A stretch of 64,000 nt of DNA, taken from contig NC_068997.1 of NCBI RefSeq assembly GCF_001194135.2, positions 8,659,740 through 8,723,739 on the forward strand, in the 5' to 3' direction. The position numbers and the translations under genes were made by a program. The DNA comes from Octopus bimaculoides. Its lineage: Eukaryota. Positions 62,716 to 64,000 of this stretch are shown piece by piece. The notes below the pieces were generated by a model. It saw only the letters and a list, made by a program, of their open reading frames with translations. It had not been told where the DNA came from and did no database searches. Each line of letters begins with the position of its first letter. The first letter of the stretch is position 1.

Positions 62716-63734
62716 TACTCTATCGGCCATGCAGCCAAGAAGTTTGCTTTCCAACCATGTGGTGAGAGAGATGCCATTAACAATAACTGAGGGTATGGTT
62801 GTGTGGTTAAGAAGCACACTTTGCAACTATGTGGTCTTGTTTTCAAATCCCACTGGATGCCACCTTGGCTAAGTTTCTTCTTCAATAGCCTCAGGCTGCT
62901 CAAAGATTTCTGAATGGATTTTGCAGATGGAAACTAAAGAAGCCTGTTGTATGTATGCATTCATGTGTGTGTGTGTGTGTGTAGACCTTTTTCTAGACAT
63001 TCTGCAATGGTTGTAAATGGGCACCATTATCATAAAAGCGAGGCTGTTTGCAGTCTTCCATGAAAAACGCCTGACCATCCTGTCATTTGTTTCCTTTCAA
63101 ATATGTCCTTCACTTTATAAAAGTTGGTAGCTTATGATTCAAAGGACATTTAGTCCTCATATTGATTTCTTAGCAATGGGTTGTTGTTTAACCCTAGGTT
63201 AACCTTCACAGGTCAAAAGCATTCCACCATTACCATTATGAGGATAGTCTTGTATTTTTCAATAAATCTAGAACTACATATCCTTTGTTATTTCATTTAG
63301 TGAGATTTGATTTGAGAGAGATCTGGTTGCTATATCTGGCTGGTTAAGCTAGAAATAGCAGCCAAACAGACTTCTCAGTGGTTTGTGATAAACCCTGCTG
63401 AAAATATAGGGTGGCTTCTTAGAAAACTAATTCTGCCTATGAATTTGTAGTTTCAATTCTTAATCTGAACTGATGTACATCCCTTCCAATTCACTTTATG
63501 ACACTATAATCATACTGAGAAAGGCATGCCCATCACAGCAGCATAATCCTCCATATTTCGCCTTGTTTTCATCCTTGAAAACTCTCAGATTTCCTGACTG
63601 TGTTAAAAACAATTTACGGTTAGTATTTTCTGTGGAATGNNNNNNNNNNAAACAATGTTAAGTGAAAGGATGAACAGGGTTTATTTATCAATGTTACTAT
63701 GATAATTAATGATAATATTAATGATGCTTTCAAA

Positions 63735-63915
63735 TTTTGGGAGAGGGAATAATCCGATTACATCAACCCCAGTGCTCAACTGGTGCCTATTTCATCAACA
63801 CCGAAAAGATGAAAGTAAAGCCAACCTTGGTGGAATTTGAACTCACAATGAGAAAACAAGTGAAAAGGTTACTAGGCATTTTGCTTCGCATACTAACATT
63901 TCCACCAGCGTGCTG
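63735..63915 (-). mobile_element. SINE family B, diverged, (AAT)n adjacent
   Basis: GGAATTTGAACTC is the reverse complement of the B-box; (AAT)n at 63919-63942. Confidence 0.7.
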
Positions 63916-64000
63916 TCATAATAATAATAATAATAATAATAATCCTCCTTTTTACTATAGGCACAAGACCTGAAATTTTATTTTTGGTGGGGGTGGGTGG

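Noticed and set aside
919-63973. Most ORFs in the supplied six-frame track
   Set aside because: They are translations of (TA)n, (CA)n, (ATT)n, (GA)n tracts, N runs or SINE bodies (recurrent 'IHSQGFG...IVEDTCPR' peptides come from family A); no coding evidence.
1-64000. CRISPR arrays, operons, rRNA genes
   Set aside because: Eukaryotic repeat-rich DNA; no regular repeat-spacer array with unique spacers and no rRNA-like sequence seen.

Overview
AT-rich (mostly CpG-poor) eukaryotic draft-assembly sequence with many N gaps and dense microsatellites. The repeat repertoire looks like a coleoid cephalopod, probably Octopus (recognised, not searched). No complete protein-coding gene is supportable; nearly all listed ORFs are microsatellite, gap or SINE artefacts. 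The window is dominated by several tRNA-derived SINE families (my working labels A, B, C, G) and an RTE-like 3' end family with (GAT)n tails (label D). It also holds remnants of a DD37D maT transposase, a mariner transposase, three R4/Dong-like LINE 3' ends and TTAA-flanked piggyBac-type MITEs. Highlights: (1) four unrelated minimal hammerhead-ribozyme motifs with palindromic helix III, the Penelope-like/retrozyme dimeric type. One (2454-2489, minus) has a fully intact core; another (10653-10737) has an unusually long helix II. (2) A perfect 141-bp-arm palindrome at 28102-28387. (3) A degenerate 27-28 bp array at 19680-19880. (4) A CpG-retaining zone at about 34.9-39.3 kb with a candidate exon ending in ATG|GTGAGA, probably the 5' end of a large-intron plus-strand gene. 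Repeat boundaries were set by eye and are approximate unless TSDs/TIRs are given.
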